Part shown: positions 1-15,677 of the stretch, piece by piece | How the letters are laid out: every line of letters begins with the position of its first letter | Numbering within the stretch: the stretch's first letter is position 1 | Source of the DNA: the human T2T-CHM13v2.0 reference genome, Homo sapiens | Length of the DNA: 64,000 nucleotides | Direction: 5' to 3' (one strand) | Assembly: GCF_009914755.1 (NCBI RefSeq) | Contig: NC_060944.1 | Notes under the pieces: generated by a model | The model's database searches: none | The model's input: the letters and a program-made list of their open reading frames with translations, nothing else | Told to the model about the DNA's origin: nothing | Made by a program: the position numbers and the translations under genes

Positions 1-116
1 TGCAGGTGTTAGGCACAGTGGGTGAACCCATCAACCCTGAGGCCTGGCTATGGTACCACCGGGTGGTAGGTGCCCAGCGCTGCCCCATCGTGGACACCTT
101 CTGGCAAACAGAGACA
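1..116 (+). CDS. ACSS2: ACSS2 coding exon, 5'-truncated by window ([38 protein letters not shown])
   Basis: Acyl-CoA synthetase VGEPI and DTFWQTET motifs; donor GTGAGT at 117. Confidence 0.97.
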
Positions 117-197
117 GTGAGTGAAGGGTACAGAAGGCTGGGGCCCAGGGACAATGTGGGAAGATTGACTCAAATTTCTCATCTCTGACTTCCCCAG

Positions 198-254
198 GGT
201 GGCCACATGTTGACTCCCCTTCCTGGTGCCACACCCATGAAACCCGGTTCTGCT
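198..254 (+). CDS. ACSS2: ACSS2 exon (GGHMLTPLPGATPMKPGSA)
   Basis: CCCCAG acceptor, GTGAGT donor, 57 nt, continues the QTETGG motif in frame. Confidence 0.97.
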
Positions 255-439
255 GTGAGTGATGCTTCCCTGGCTGGTCTTGGGCTAGGCAGGGATGGTG
301 TCTTGGGGCACTTGGCCTAGTTAGATAGTGGAGAACTGGACTGACATGTGTGAAGAATTTGGGGTTCTGGGGCCCCTTGGGAGTTGAGTCAGAGTTGCCT
401 CATTCCTCTTCTTGGGTTCTGTCTCCCGTTTGCTTCTAG

Positions 440-520
440 ACTTTCCCATTCTTTGGTGTAGCTCCTGCAATCCTGAATGAGTCCGGGGAAGAGTTGGAAG
501 GTGAAGCTGAAGGTTATCTG
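440..520 (+). CDS. ACSS2: ACSS2 exon (TFPFFGVAPAILNESGEELEGEAEGYL)
   Basis: TTCTAG acceptor, GTGAGG donor, 81 nt in frame. Confidence 0.97.
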
Positions 521-962
521 GTGAGGCCCTGGCCCTTGGGAGTCTTTAAGGAGAGAGGGAAAGGGTCTGCCAAGGGTACTTTGCTTTAGAGTTAATAACC
601 TAATCTCTCCTGGTAGCTGCTTAGGACTGAAACTTCATGGTTGGAGGTTTGCTCACTGAGAGACCCTGGAGGGGACCCTCGATACTTTGCCTGCATCTCT
701 TCCTTTTGGGCCATAAGTCTCCTAAGGGCGTTTTAAGAGTTGCTCAGATTCCTGATGGTACCTTTTTGGGTCTGGAAGACTAAGTCCCATCTTCTTTTGA
801 CAAAGATTCTACAGAAAGGAGGCTTTATAACATAGTAGAAAATCACGTAGGATCTGGAGTCACCCTGCCTGGGTTCGAATCCTAGCTCTGCCTCTTCTGT
901 GACCTCAGATAAGTTATTTAACACCTCTGAATCTACATTTTCTAATTTGTAAAATAGGGTTA

Positions 963-1270
<308 letters not shown>

Positions 1271-1976
1271 TGCCTTTGTCTCCTATGGTTGCTTGCTTGA
1301 TTGAGTTAGATAATCCACATGAAGGGGTTAGCAGAGAAACTAACAATTAGTACTTGATAAACATTAGCTGTTGTGATTATTGTATTCATACTTGCAGGAG
1401 CCTCACCTGTCCCTTCAACCCCACCCCATTTCACTTTCCCAAGAGCAAGTTAGTAACAGGGACAGGGCTTACATCCAGGCCTTCTGACTCAGCCTAGAAT
1501 TCCATCCATTCCATCGATCTGCTGCCAAAGAATGTTACTGATTGGGCAATAATTATTTACTTGGTGTGTGGGCACCACTGTTTTTTAAATGAGTGTTTTC
1601 ATTTGTATCAAACTGGACCTGCTTTCCTCAAGGATTGCCCAAAAGGAGACACAAATTTACTAAACACTTATCAATAATAGAACACCGTGCTAGGCAATTT
1701 CCATATACTATTAATTTAATCCTCACAATAACTTTGGAAGACAGAAAGTATTTTCTCTGATTTACAGATGAGGATCCTGAAGCTCAGAGGGGTAAAGTTA
1801 CTTCTCTGAGGTCACCTAGCTAGTAAGTGGTAGAGCTGGGATTCCAAGCCAGGATCCTCTGTCTCCAAAGCCTGTACTTCATTCAGGACACTTTCCCCCA
1901 CATTTAGAAAAGCTGTAATTATCTTCCAGTGAGACAGCATAGCAAATGTGATCACTGTCCCTTCCTCACTCCCCAG

Positions 1977-2085
1977 GTGTTCAAGCAGCCCTGGCCAGGG
2001 ATCATGCGCACAGTCTATGGGAACCACGAACGCTTTGAGACAACCTACTTTAAGAAGTTTCCTGGATACTATGTTACAGGAGATG
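1977..2085 (+). CDS. ACSS2: ACSS2 exon ([36 protein letters not shown])
   Basis: CCCCAG acceptor, GTGAGC donor, PWPG and Y-x-TGD adenylation motifs. Confidence 0.97.
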
Positions 2086-2149
2086 GTGAGCCTTAGCTAT
2101 CCCCCTCTTGCACCTCCCACTAAGACATGTACCTTCCACTTCCATTTTC

Positions 2150-2578
2150 AGGAAGAGTTGGTGTGTTGCTATAAAATAATACCTGAGACTGGGTGATTTA
2201 TAAAGAAAAGAGGTTTATTTTGGATCATCATTCTTCAGGCTGTGCAGGAAGCATGGTGCTGGCATCTGCCTATGGTGAGGCCTCAGGTAGCTTCCAATCA
2301 CGGCAGAAAGCAAAGGGAAAGCCAGTGTTTGACATGGCAAGAGAGGAAGCAAGGGAGAGAGGGAGGAGATACCAGCCTCTTTTAAACAACCAGATCTTAC
2401 ATGAACTCATAGAGTTACTGCAAGTACAGCACCAAGCCATTCATGAGGGATCTGTCCCCCCCGCCCCCCCCACCTCCCCGGCCTTGACCAAAACACCTCC
2501 CACCAGGCCCCACCTCTAACACTGGGGATCATATTTCAACATGAGATTTGGAAGGGACAAACATCCAAACTATATCAG
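2150..2578. mobile_element. MaLR solo LTR (MST-like)
   Basis: ATACCTGAGACTGGGTGATTTATAAAGAAAAGAGGTTT and CATGAGATTTGG..CAAACATCCAAACTATATCA hallmarks. Confidence 0.8.
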
Positions 2579-3221
2579 TTGGTTAGGGGTAAAGAAAATT
2601 AGAGAAGAATGTGTCCTACATGTCAGTATCTGGTTTCTACGCAGAGCTACAAAGACTGTAAGGGCAGGAATGAGTATAGCAGGAGGGGTCTCAGAATGGT
2701 GCCATCCGAACTTTGATGTATGAGGAAAGATGGACAATGTATGCTCCTGTGTTGAAAGAGATGGGGCATGTGGCAGTGCATGACTATTATGTCATGTTTG
2801 TCTTTATGTCTGGAGTCTGTGTTTCTCCATCTATCCATCTACCAATCCATTCATCCATAAGATCTGAGCACTGTGATCCTGTGCCCAGGCACTGATCATG
2901 AATAATGTAGTCAAAATCTCCTCCCTCATGGGGATTCTAGTAAGGGGAGACAGACAAACCCAACAAACATAAATAAGCTTATCTTAGATAGAGATAAATG
3001 CTGTTAAGAAAAATAAACAGGGTAGCATGATAGTGTGTGCAGGGATGGCTACTGTACACAGGATCGTCGGAGAAGACTTCTCTGAATTGACATTTGAGCA
3101 GAGGCCTGAAGGGTGAGAAGGAAACAGGCATGGGAAAATCTAGAGTAAGAGTGTTTTGTGCAGAGGGACACAGCTTGAGATGTCTGAAGAATGGACTGAA
3201 GCCTGTGTGGCTGGAGCGTAG

Positions 3222-3698
<477 letters not shown>

Positions 3699-3734
3699 TA
3701 ACTTTGCTGGATTTATGGAGAATAGAGTTTAGGT

Positions 3735-4226
3735 GAGTATACTATTGGCATGGAACAAATTATCCCAAAAGTTGGCAGCTTAAAATAACAAATATTATCT
3801 CACACAGTTTCTGAGGATCAGGAGTCTGTGAACAGTTTCACTGGGTAGTTCTCATTCTGGGTCTCTTGTGAGTTTCAGTCAAGCTGTTGGTAGGGCCTGT
3901 AGTCATCTGAAGGTTTGAGTGAGCCTGGAGGACCTACGTTCATGCTTACTCGCATGGTTGTTAGCAGGAATCCTCAGTTCCTCACCTCACCATAGGACTA
4001 CTCAATACATGGCAGCTAGCTTACCCTACAGCAAATGATCTGAGACAATGCAACCGAGACAAGCTAGGTGTCTTCTACAACCTAATCTCAGAAGTGACAT
4101 CCTATCACTTCTGCCAAATCCTATGATGACACAGACTAACCCTAGTACAATGAGAAAGAGGACTGCAGGGCTATGAATACCAAGAGGCAGAGATCAGTGG
4201 TGCCCTCTTGGAGGCTGGCTACTACA
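3735..4226. mobile_element. MaLR LTR (MLT1-like)
   Basis: GCAGCTTAAAATAACAAA..TCTCACACAGTTTCTGAGG..TCTTGGAGGCTGGCTACTACA hallmarks. Confidence 0.7.
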
Positions 4227-4351
4227 GTGGGCAAGAGTGGAAGCAGGAAGACTTGTTAGAAGGCTATTGCAGAAGGTGTAGCAGTTTGGTAATGTGGATC
4301 AGGTATCCTACCGTAGGGTTTTTATTTATTAGGTTTTGCATTTCTTCCCAG

Positions 4352-4420
4352 GCTGCCAGCGGGACCAGGATGGCTATTACTGGATCACTGGCAGGATTGA
4401 TGACATGCTCAATGTATCTG
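4352..4420 (+). CDS. ACSS2: ACSS2 exon ([23 protein letters not shown])
   Basis: CCCAG acceptor, GTGAGG donor, GRxDD hinge motif. Confidence 0.97.
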
Positions 4421-4758
4421 GTGAGGGCCAGGGGCCACCTTCCCATCTTATTAACTCTGCTCCTCTGACAACACCCAGCCGAAGCCTTCCGCAAGAGCCC
4501 AGGAGTGTCCTTTGGCCAGACCATGTACTAAGTGTAGCATTCAGTTCTGGGCCCAGGTTTTAGAGGAGTAATGAACACTGGAATGTGCCTAGAGTAGGGG
4601 AACTTGGATGGTGGGGTGACTGAAAGCATGTCATCTGAGGAGTGAATGAAGGGTCTTCTCCATTTGGCCAGACCAGGACTGCCCCATGGGTACAGATGGA
4701 GCATGGGCTGGGGCAGAGCCTGGGATCTCTCTCATGGCACTTCCTTTCCCTTGACAAG

Positions 4759-4935
4759 GACACCTGCTGAGTACAGCAGAGGTGGAGTCAGCACTTGTGG
4801 AACATGAGGCTGTTGCAGAGGCAGCTGTGGTGGGCCACCCTCATCCTGTGAAGGGTGAATGCCTCTACTGCTTTGTCACCTTGTGTGATGGCCACACCTT
4901 CAGCCCCAAGCTCACCGAGGAGCTCAAGAAGCAGA
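4759..4935 (+). CDS. ACSS2: ACSS2 exon ([26 protein letters not shown]...LKKQ)
   Basis: AAG acceptor, GTAAGG donor, EVESAL motif of the C-terminal AMP-binding domain. Confidence 0.96.
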
Positions 4936-5530
4936 GTAAGGAGCCTCCCTGGGCAGGGACTATAGGGTCTGTCTTGGAGGCCCAGTTATCACTGCAAGTT
5001 GTTGGGGAGGGGCTAGAGCAAGCTGCTCCCCAAACCACAAACAGATTCCAGGGGGCCCCATGGGCTGATTGCCCTCTTCCTGTTCAGTCTCCACTAGTCT
5101 CCCACTAGGATAATAATAATAGCCAACATTTCTAGAATACTTTGTGCCACCGCTAGGCTAAGTGCTTTAAATGAATTACCCCACTTAATCCCTAGAGTCA
5201 CCTCCATGAAACAGATCTTATTGTTACCTTCATGCTAAAGATGATGAAACTGAGACTCATGGAAGTTAAATCACTTGCCCAAGGCCACACTGCTAGAAAG
5301 GTGGCATTTAAACTCTAGCAGGCTCATTCTACAGCCTGAGTTCCATAAGATAAAATGAGAGAGTAAAGAGACAAGTGTGTTGAGAGCAAGAGAAGCAGTG
5401 AACCTGAGGCTGTCTCTGTGGGCAGGGACTTGAGGAGGAAACAGGTGGGGAACAAAGCCATCTCTACTTTGATTTTTGAAAAGTCTGGCTAAGGGTGCTG
5501 AAGAAATGCTTGATGATTTGTTGGTTACAG

Positions 5531-5605
5531 TTAGAGAAAAGATTGGCCCCATTGCCACACCAGACTACATCCAGAATGCACCTGGCTTGCCTAAAACCCG
5601 CTCAG
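5531..5605 (+). CDS. ACSS2: ACSS2 penultimate exon ([25 protein letters not shown])
   Basis: TTACAG acceptor, GTATGT donor, first half of the PKTRSGK motif. Confidence 0.97.
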
Positions 5606-5740
5606 GTATGTTCAGAGGCCTCCATGGATTGGGATGGGCTGAGGCCTGGTGGTGGTGGGGTGTGCGTGGATGAAAGCCTTTGGCAGGGCTAGGGTGGGTC
5701 AGTGCTTTCACCAAGTAACTAGAGGTCTGTGGTTCCCCAG

Positions 5741-5868
5741 GGAAAATCATGAGGCGAGTGCTTCGGAAGATTGCTCAGAATGACCATGACCTCGGGGACA
5801 TGTCTACTGTGGCTGACCCATCTGTCATCAGTCACCTCTTCAGCCACCGCTGCCTGACCATCCAGTGA
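5741..5868 (+). CDS. ACSS2: ACSS2 last coding exon ([42 protein letters not shown])
   Basis: CCCCAG acceptor; catalytic/acetylated Lys of PKTRSGK; TGA at 5866-5868. Confidence 0.97.
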
Positions 5869-6593
5869 ACATGATCCTGACCTTTACCTAGGATTCCTCC
5901 TGCTCCAAACTTTGCCCATCCTCTTTGCCCCCTCAGGAGTGCTGAGGGCCAGTGTTGACCCACACTACCCTCCCTTGACCAGCTGTCTGGGACCGGAAAC
6001 CAGCTTTGTCTCCAGGTAGAGACAACATCCTGTGACTGCCAGGCAGAAAGGACAGGGCCCAGGTCAGCCTCAGTCTGCTGTGCCTCCAGACTGCAGAGCT
6101 CTCAGAACCCAGAACAGAGACGAAAAGGCTACCTCTCCTACCCAAGTTAAGTGTTCAAAGGGGATGTGAGGGCCTCCACTGAAGCAGGGAGGCAGCTGTG
6201 TAATCCTATGTCAGCTCTCTTAGGAAGCCCCAGTACTTATATTGGGCATGCACTTGCCCTTAAAAACAATGATTTGTGAGTCCAGGAACAATTTACTATT
6301 TTTAAAATATTTTGCTGCTTCTGTTCTGGGTCTGAATTCCCTTTTGTGCCAGATGCCAGTACTGTCTGCCCATTGGCTCCAGGGGCTGTATGGGCAGATT
6401 CAGTCTCCAGAGGGTATTCAGATCATCTGCTTCTTTGAAGGAGTAAATGTGTTTTGTTCCTAGGGCCAGAGGAGCTTGTCTTCCTTGTCCTCTGTTCCCA
6501 CCCTCCCCTGAACAGAACCCAGCCCATAAGAGACATTCTCAGATGAAACTCTGTTTTCTTGCCCCAGTCAGGCTCAAGCCCTGTGGTTGTAGG

Positions 6594-6599
6594 AATAAA
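6594..6599 (+). terminator. ACSS2: ACSS2 polyadenylation signal AATAAA
   Basis: AATAAA ~725 nt after the stop, followed by a GT/T-rich downstream element at 6617-6635. Confidence 0.85.
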
Positions 6600-7103
6600 G
6601 CCTGTGATCTCAAGAAGTGGTGACTTGTTTTCTTAGGTATCTGTGCCCTGAGGCTGTATATTCATTAGTGGCTCTGATTTGTGTGGCAGATGGGAAGGGA
6701 GGGGTATTTCCTAGGACTATCCCCAATATCTTCCTTCTAGAACTTTTGGTTTGGGCAGAGCGAAGGAGGCTTCACTGACAGGGCCTTTGACAAGCCCCTG
6801 AGCTAAGCAGGAAAGTGACTGAAGCCAGTTCACAACTGTTATGTATGTCCCATCTTGGTTGCCTTCCCTCCTGGGCTCCTGCCAGGGACTCTCATTCCTC
6901 CCTGTGATCCAGTAAGAGCATTAGTGGGTGGCTAAGGATTGAAACTTCAGGGTTCCACCTGTAGAGACTGGTCTAGGGGGACCCTGATTACAGACCAGTC
7001 ACTTCCCTGCTCTAATACATCTTAAGTGGGCTAACGTAGATTACAGCTCCCGCCTCCCCTCTATGCACGAAGTAAGGAATCATCACTGAATCAGCAATGC
7101 AGT

Positions 7104-7109
7104 TTTATT
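7104..7109 (-). terminator. GSS: GSS polyadenylation signal AATAAA
   Basis: TTTATT on the + strand ~375 nt past the GSS stop. Confidence 0.85.
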
Positions 7110-7481
7110 TAAGGCAGAATTAGGGAAAGGCTATGCCCCTCCACTCCCCCTCCTCCTACCACTCAGTCCTATCCCAAGTCAGGCACTGGAACCTGCTGAA
7201 AAGGCTGATGAGGGGCTGACAGGAGTGGGGCAGGGTTCATGGACCTTTACCTCAGAGCAGCTTACCCTGAGCTATACCCACATCTCAAGGATTTGGGGGC
7301 GTCTAGATCTCATCTAAGGGAGACACAACTTTTCTGGTCCTCAGATGGAAAGCTGGGGGAAGGTACCAGTATTTACCCTTCCATAAAAACTTTGGAGGTC
7401 TTTAGGAGGATACCCCTCAGGAGGGCTAGGAGAGGAATGACAAATACAGAGGATAGAAGGTCCCGTGGCCTGGTTGTGCCC

Positions 7482-7643
<162 letters not shown>

Positions 7644-8053
7644 TCAGCCCCAAACCCAGGACCTTCCCTGGACCCAGCTGAGCAGTACCTGGGTAACTGT
7701 CTATACCAAGAAAGTGCTAGGATTTTAGAGTCTCTATGCCTCTCTGGAGTCTCCTTCTAGTCCTAGGTTGTCAAACCATGTGTTCTGAGTCCTCTTGGTG
7801 CTATTTGGAGTTTCCTTCACGGTTGCAAAGGACTTCTCATCAGGGCTTCATCTGATACCCTGGTAAGGTGGGCAGGTCTTGGGTCCTTGGCCTCATTTAA
7901 TAGATAAAGAAACAGGTAATAAAGCTAGTGATTGGCAGAGCTGGCACCGAAGCCCAGGATTCCTGACTCTTTCCAGTGTTCCCCTCTAGGCTGGCTCACT
8001 TGGCTGGCACTCTTGCAAGCAGGTAGTGGAAAGAGCTTCTCCTGATTGGCTCA

Positions 8054-8263
<210 letters not shown>

Positions 8264-8639
8264 TCACCCTGGACCCTCTGCCTACCTCCTCCATCCCATG
8301 CCCTCACTTTTGGGGCCACATGGGCAAGTCAGCAGCCTCAGTTCCTGGCACCCGCTCAGTGAAGCCAGGGCATATCTGGCTTCTCAGGAGGGAAGCTCAC
8401 TTTGACAGGAGAGCCCTTACTCATGCAGTGAACACATCTTCCACTACACTGTTCTGCCCTGGTTCTCCTCCTACCTACAGCTGTTCCTTCTCAAGCTCCA
8501 TTGCTGGCTCCTTCTCTTAAATGCTGGGGTCCCAGGGGAATTGGTCCTCCACGCTTGCTCTCTCCCCCATGTACATTTTCCCAAGGAGATCTCTCCTATT
8601 CCTGAGTCTCCATCTATACCCTAAAAATTGTTAACTTCC

Positions 8640-9002
<363 letters not shown>

Positions 9003-9957
9003 TCAACTTGTCCAAGCAGAACTTATTACTTCTGCCTGAACCTGCCCCTCCTGGACCTTCCTACTCCCAATCAGGCAAAAGGTACCCCTGAGTCATATTT
9101 AACTCCTCCCTTCCACTACCCTCTCACTATCTAGGACATGTCTCTCCAGTTGGCCCCATAGTCATAGCCCTAGCCCAGGCCTCTACGTTGCTCTTCTGAA
9201 CAACTGTATCAGCCTCTTCCACGGTCTTTCTGCTTCCAGTGTCTCCCCTCATTCCAGGACATCTTCTACAATGCAGAAACTGTAAGTTTTGCAAGTTCCC
9301 ACCACTGCTAACCACTTGAGTCCTGGATCAATGTGTCCCTTCCTGGCTTAAAACTCCCTAATGGCTTCCCACTGCCCTTAAGATAAAATCCAATTTCTCA
9401 GTATATATTCAAGGCCCTTTATAATCAGGATGCAAACCATTTTTCCAGCCTAAATCCCTGTCCCCTCCCAGCTCCCCCTCCAGCCTCACCAGTTTCTCAT
9501 TAACCTCCAAACATCTCACACTTTCATGGCCCGGTGCCTTGGCTTGAGGTTGTCCCTTTTGTATGGAACACTCTTCCTCCTTTCCACCTGGGAAATTCCT
9601 ACCCACCTCTTAAGACAAAGATTAAAAAAATCCTCTCCTCTGGAGAGGCAGACATGACCCCTGACCTCAAGGAGTTTCAAACTAGAAAGGAAAACAGACA
9701 TGTATTCTCTCCAGTCTCCTAATATGACCCTACTCTACTTCCCAACAATCTACCCACAGGCACCTCAGGTAAAACTTGTCCAAACCCTTCAATGCTGGTT
9801 AATCAGATTCCCCTGTGCTCCCGGACTTGGTCACAGGGTCTTAGGGGACACTGTCCAACATGTGGCCTGTGTCAGTTCCAATAGTTTCCCCCATGCCCGG
9901 GACTGTGCCCAGAGTAAGTGCCAATGAGCACTGGCCACAGCCTGCTAGTCCCTCTCA

Positions 9958-10092
<135 letters not shown>

Positions 10093-10502
10093 TTATCAAA
10101 AGTTTAAAGGCTAAAGAGGCAAGAAGCTTAGGTCCAGCTGGTTATGCAGAGCAGCATCAGAGGAAGAGCAGGAGGGAGAACAGCCACAAATTCCTTCAGG
10201 CAGGATGCTACTATCTGGATGACACTCCCAACAAACCCCCTGCAGCAGCCGATGCAATGAGAACAGGCCTTTCTTTAGCAACAGCTCAGGGCTCTGCAGC
10301 AGGCAGCCTGATACACTTCTCAATTCTTGCCACCTGCCTTAGTCCCTTCCCTCTGGTTGCCATCCTCATCTCTACCTTTGCTGAGGGAGCTTACAATGGA
10401 TTCCAGCCCCCATCCTTCCATTATGAGGCTGCCCTTCTGCTCAGAGTTCTAGGGGTTCTCCAGAGCATCACCAACCTTGCCAGCTCCACCTTCCCCTTGT
10501 CA

Positions 10503-10820
<318 letters not shown>

Positions 10821-11504
10821 TTATTTTACTTCAGCTGACGTTTACTGAACATCCATCCATTAGGTGCCAGGTATCATGATTTGTATCTTCACCCTCATTA
10901 TCACCCAGGATCATTCTAACATCCTTGTGAGCCAGGTGTGATATGTTGTAGTTATGTATCATTGTGCCAGACTGTGAGCCCCTGCAAAGGCAAGAATCCC
11001 CCAATCTGTGGGAAACAATAGAAGGTGTAAGGGTAGAACATTTGTCTACGTGCTCAGCTTCCCACTGTGTTCCATACTCCCTACCATGGCCTTCAAGATC
11101 CTTCAGGAGCTGGCTCCTGTCTACTTTTTCAACCTTGTACCATCCCTGACTCCTAGTCTCTGCCATTCTACTCACACAGGCCTGTCATTCCTCAAATCAC
11201 AAAGCTCTTTCCCTCCTCAGGGCCTGCACTGCTTTTCCCTCAACCTGAAACCCCCTTCCTTTCGGCTTTTCCCATGCATAGCTGGATCCTTACCATCCTT
11301 ACATCTCAGCTCAATGTCACCTTTTCAGAGAAGGCTTCCCTGTCCACTCTATTTAATGTGGATTTCCCATAATTCTCTTTTTACCCAGTTGTTTCATTGA
11401 AAGCAGTTACCTGAGACTAAAACACACACATGCACACATACACGCACACGCACACAAACATACACACACAAATCCCAATTTTTTTTTCCTATTTTTGTTT
11501 ACTT

Positions 11505-11788
<284 letters not shown>

Positions 11789-12550
11789 AGTAAATGGCCA
11801 TATTTTTGTTTACTTTCTGATGCCCATTTCTCTGACCAGACTGTGAGCTCCATAGCACAGGGCTCTTATCATTTTCCTCATTTTCTGTTGTATCTCCAGT
11901 GTCTAACACAGTTCCTGGCACTTTGTAGTTGCTCAATAAATATTTGTTGTTGTTGCTGAATAAGTTGAAATTTGAGTGGGGTTCTGAAGGACAGGTAGAG
12001 CCTGACAAGTGAGACTCAATAGGGAAGGGATACTCAGGCTAAGAGAATAATATGAACACAGGTCTCAAGTGGATGATCACAGGATGAATGGTTTATTACC
12101 ACAAGAGCTGAGGGTATAAAAGGCAAGGAAACAGCAGGGGATCATGCCTCCCAACTCTGGTTCCCATTCTCATGCAATGGGGAGACAGTCTGTCCTTGGC
12201 TCCAGACCACTGCAAACTGCACACAGCAGGATCAGGTCTCTCCTGTGACCCCCACCCAATGCTGTCCTTCCTTTGATACTACTGGTCCACCTGTAGCACC
12301 TTGACCTGATCTTCATCAATAACCCCAGGAACCCAACTACTAGTCTGGCATTCCACGCAGAATCACACGTGACCAGAACATCAGAAATAAACCCAGAGAA
12401 ATACCCCATTATGGTAGAAGCAGGAAAGCAAAACCAAAGATAAGCAAGGACTTGCCCAGGGTCATCTAGTAAGTCACTAAGCCTTCTAGATCTCTCTCCA
12501 TGTCTAAACCTGCTCTGAGCTGCTCAGTTCCCTAAAAATGTCTACCTCTT

Positions 12551-12845
12551 GGCCAGGTGTGGTGGCTAACACCTGTATTCCCAGCACTTTGGGAGGCCAA
12601 GGTGGGTGGATCGTAAGGTCAGGAGTTCGAGACCAGCCTGGCCAACATGGTGAAACCCTGTCTCTATTAAAAATACAAAAATTAGCTGGGTGTGGTGGTG
12701 GGTGCCTGTAATCCCAGCTACTCAGGAGGCCGAGGCAGGAGAATCGCTTGAAACTGGAAGTCAAAGGTTGCAGTGAGCCGAGATCGCACCACTGTACTCC
12801 AGCCTGGTCAACAAGAGCAAAACTCTGTCTCAAAAAAAAAAAAAA
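12551..12845 (+). mobile_element. Alu
   Basis: Full length; TSD GTCTACCTCTT. Confidence 0.95.
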
Positions 12846-12918
12846 GTCTACCTCTTTAAACACTACTTTCCTTCCTTGTTATCTCAAACTCTTCTAAGTT
12901 TTCTTTGTCGTGTTTTGA

Positions 12919-13230
<312 letters not shown>

Positions 13231-14154
13231 TAGACCTATTTTTCTAATAGACAGTTTATCTCTCCTGTAGTCAGCAAGTTGCCACCACTGCTAACCACCT
13301 ATCTAAAGAAAAGGATGTTCTATCGAGATACCACCTCTATAGAGCCTCCTCATGTGGAGCTCAACCCTCGGGGGGAGTCCTAGATGAATTACAGACCTAG
13401 AAGGAGCCCCCTCAGTTTTCTAGTGTAGCTCCCCCCGCTCATAGAAACAGACCTAGAAAGGGTCAGGAACTTGCCCATCATCACACAGAGGCAGTCAAGC
13501 TCATGACCTCCAGCTCACTGCCCATGGTATTTCTAAACTTATTTCCTCCTTTATCATCTCCCAGCTGAGAGCAGAGCTTCTTAGCCTCTCCATGATGTGG
13601 ATGTTAGGAGCAGAGGAGAAGAATGGGAATACCATCGGCCTGAAAGTCAGAAAACCTGGGAACTTCCTGTAGGGCCTTAGAGAAGCCTCTCCATCTCTCT
13701 AAACGTTAGTTTCTCCATCTGTATAATGGGGATAATTATATGCCTCACCGAGTGGTTGTGAGGGTTAAATGAAATAATGGATGTGGAAACTAATGAAACT
13801 ACATGGTAGGATAGCAAAATGAGGTGATATAACTGTCATTAACATGAATGAGGAGATGATAAAACTTTCTGATTCAGATAAAGGAAAGGTAAGAGTTGGC
13901 AGGAAAAAAAATGGTCAGCAGTATGCTGGAACTGGCTTATATCAACCAGTGAGAGCTGATTGTTGTTAAACATTTGCCAGCACATCTCTGGAAACAGTGT
14001 AAATGGCTGAAGCTCTGTGGATTCCTGAGGATTCAAATTCTAGAAGACTGTGTAGAGTGATAGGTAGCAAAAGGCTTGAGGGAGGATAGGAGGTTCTAGC
14101 AGCAAGCTCCCTGAGAAAGAAGTGAAGTGAGGACTCGGAAAACCCAGGTTGTTA

Positions 14155-14331
<177 letters not shown>

Positions 14332-15415
14332 TTATAACTGATTTGTTCAGTGGTTCAATCTATTTCAGGGTGCATCAAGATGAATTTGGCTTTTTCAAAA
14401 TTCAGCCCACAGTGGGAGCCTGGTCAGGGGTTCACTGGAACCAGTGAAAGTAGATATCCACACTACCAGGGCTTCCACTGAAAACAGGGAGGTGTGCCAT
14501 ACAGAATACTTTAGAATATGCCAGATTTAGAGTCATTCTAAGAAGGCCAGAAGGAACAAGAAGGTCACTAGAATCAAATTTGGTAAATGCATACAAATGT
14601 TGGCTCGAAATTACCGAGCAGCAGAATCATACTGCCATGTGTAGTAAAACACACTTTATATTTCCACTGCTTAAAGCAGCTGAAACCAGAATGAAAAAAT
14701 TTTTAATGGCAGGGGTGAAGGTGAAAACGCAAACATGTAAAATGATGAGTCTGATTAAGACACAGGCTTTTTAAATGTCTTTTCCTTTTCTTTGACCTAT
14801 TTGATATTGTCTAGTTTATCTGAAAAGTAAATTAACTACTTTGTTTAGTTATGATAAAAGCACATTTTGAAAAACAGTGAGTGGTATTGTGAAATTCCAT
14901 GGACAGTTTTAATTTTAACAATCACAAAGGTCTAGGTCTAAATATATGTGCTGCAATGCTACCCAAATATGTAGCACCAAATCTACCTGGTGGTGGCCCC
15001 TAGAGAAAAGGATAAGGCTTGGCTTGGAACACAAATCCAGGCTCGAGCTCAGACAGTGGCATCCAGACCAATCACAGCATGAGCCAGCTGCTCCTCTTCC
15101 TCCCTGACTGCCCAGCTCAGCTTCTCAGGCCTGACCTCACCTTACTAGGAGAGGCAAGAAAACTTTTGGGAACTTAGGGCATATGAAAACTAAGATGATC
15201 TCTAAGGAGACCCTGATCCAGAATGTCAACAGCTCTGATAGAAGCACAGCGTGGCTGGCTTTCTCCAAAATTTCCTGGGAGGATGAGATATTTCAGGAAT
15301 TATGAGAGAAGGAAGCAAGCCATCACATCTCCCAGAAGAAAGAATCATTTTGGGGAAGAGGGTGGCAGGATGAGTTTCATAAACCAGCCTTCCACTGGAT
15401 TCTTGGGAATGCTTA

Positions 15416-15592
<177 letters not shown>

Positions 15593-15596
15593 TTAC

Positions 15597-15677
15597 CTGG
15601 CCAGTAGCTCATTCTCTATGGCACGCTGGTCAAATATGTTTCTTTCCTTCTCTTGAGCAATCAGTAGCACCAGAGCA
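15597..15677 (-). CDS. GSS: GSS exon 7 ([27 protein letters not shown])
   Basis: ERNxFDQ motif; 81 nt; GTAAGT donor. Confidence 0.97.

Noticed and set aside
1485-1493. ARE/AP-1 core TGACTCAGC in an ACSS2 intron, and TGACTCA at 23092
   Set aside because: Isolated short motifs, the first in MIR-like sequence; function cannot be supported from sequence alone.
14434-14451. Palindrome TTCACTGG-AA-CCAGTGAA near GSS exon 9 (position approximate)
   Set aside because: An 8-bp stem with a 2-nt loop is expected by chance in 64 kb and has no supporting context.
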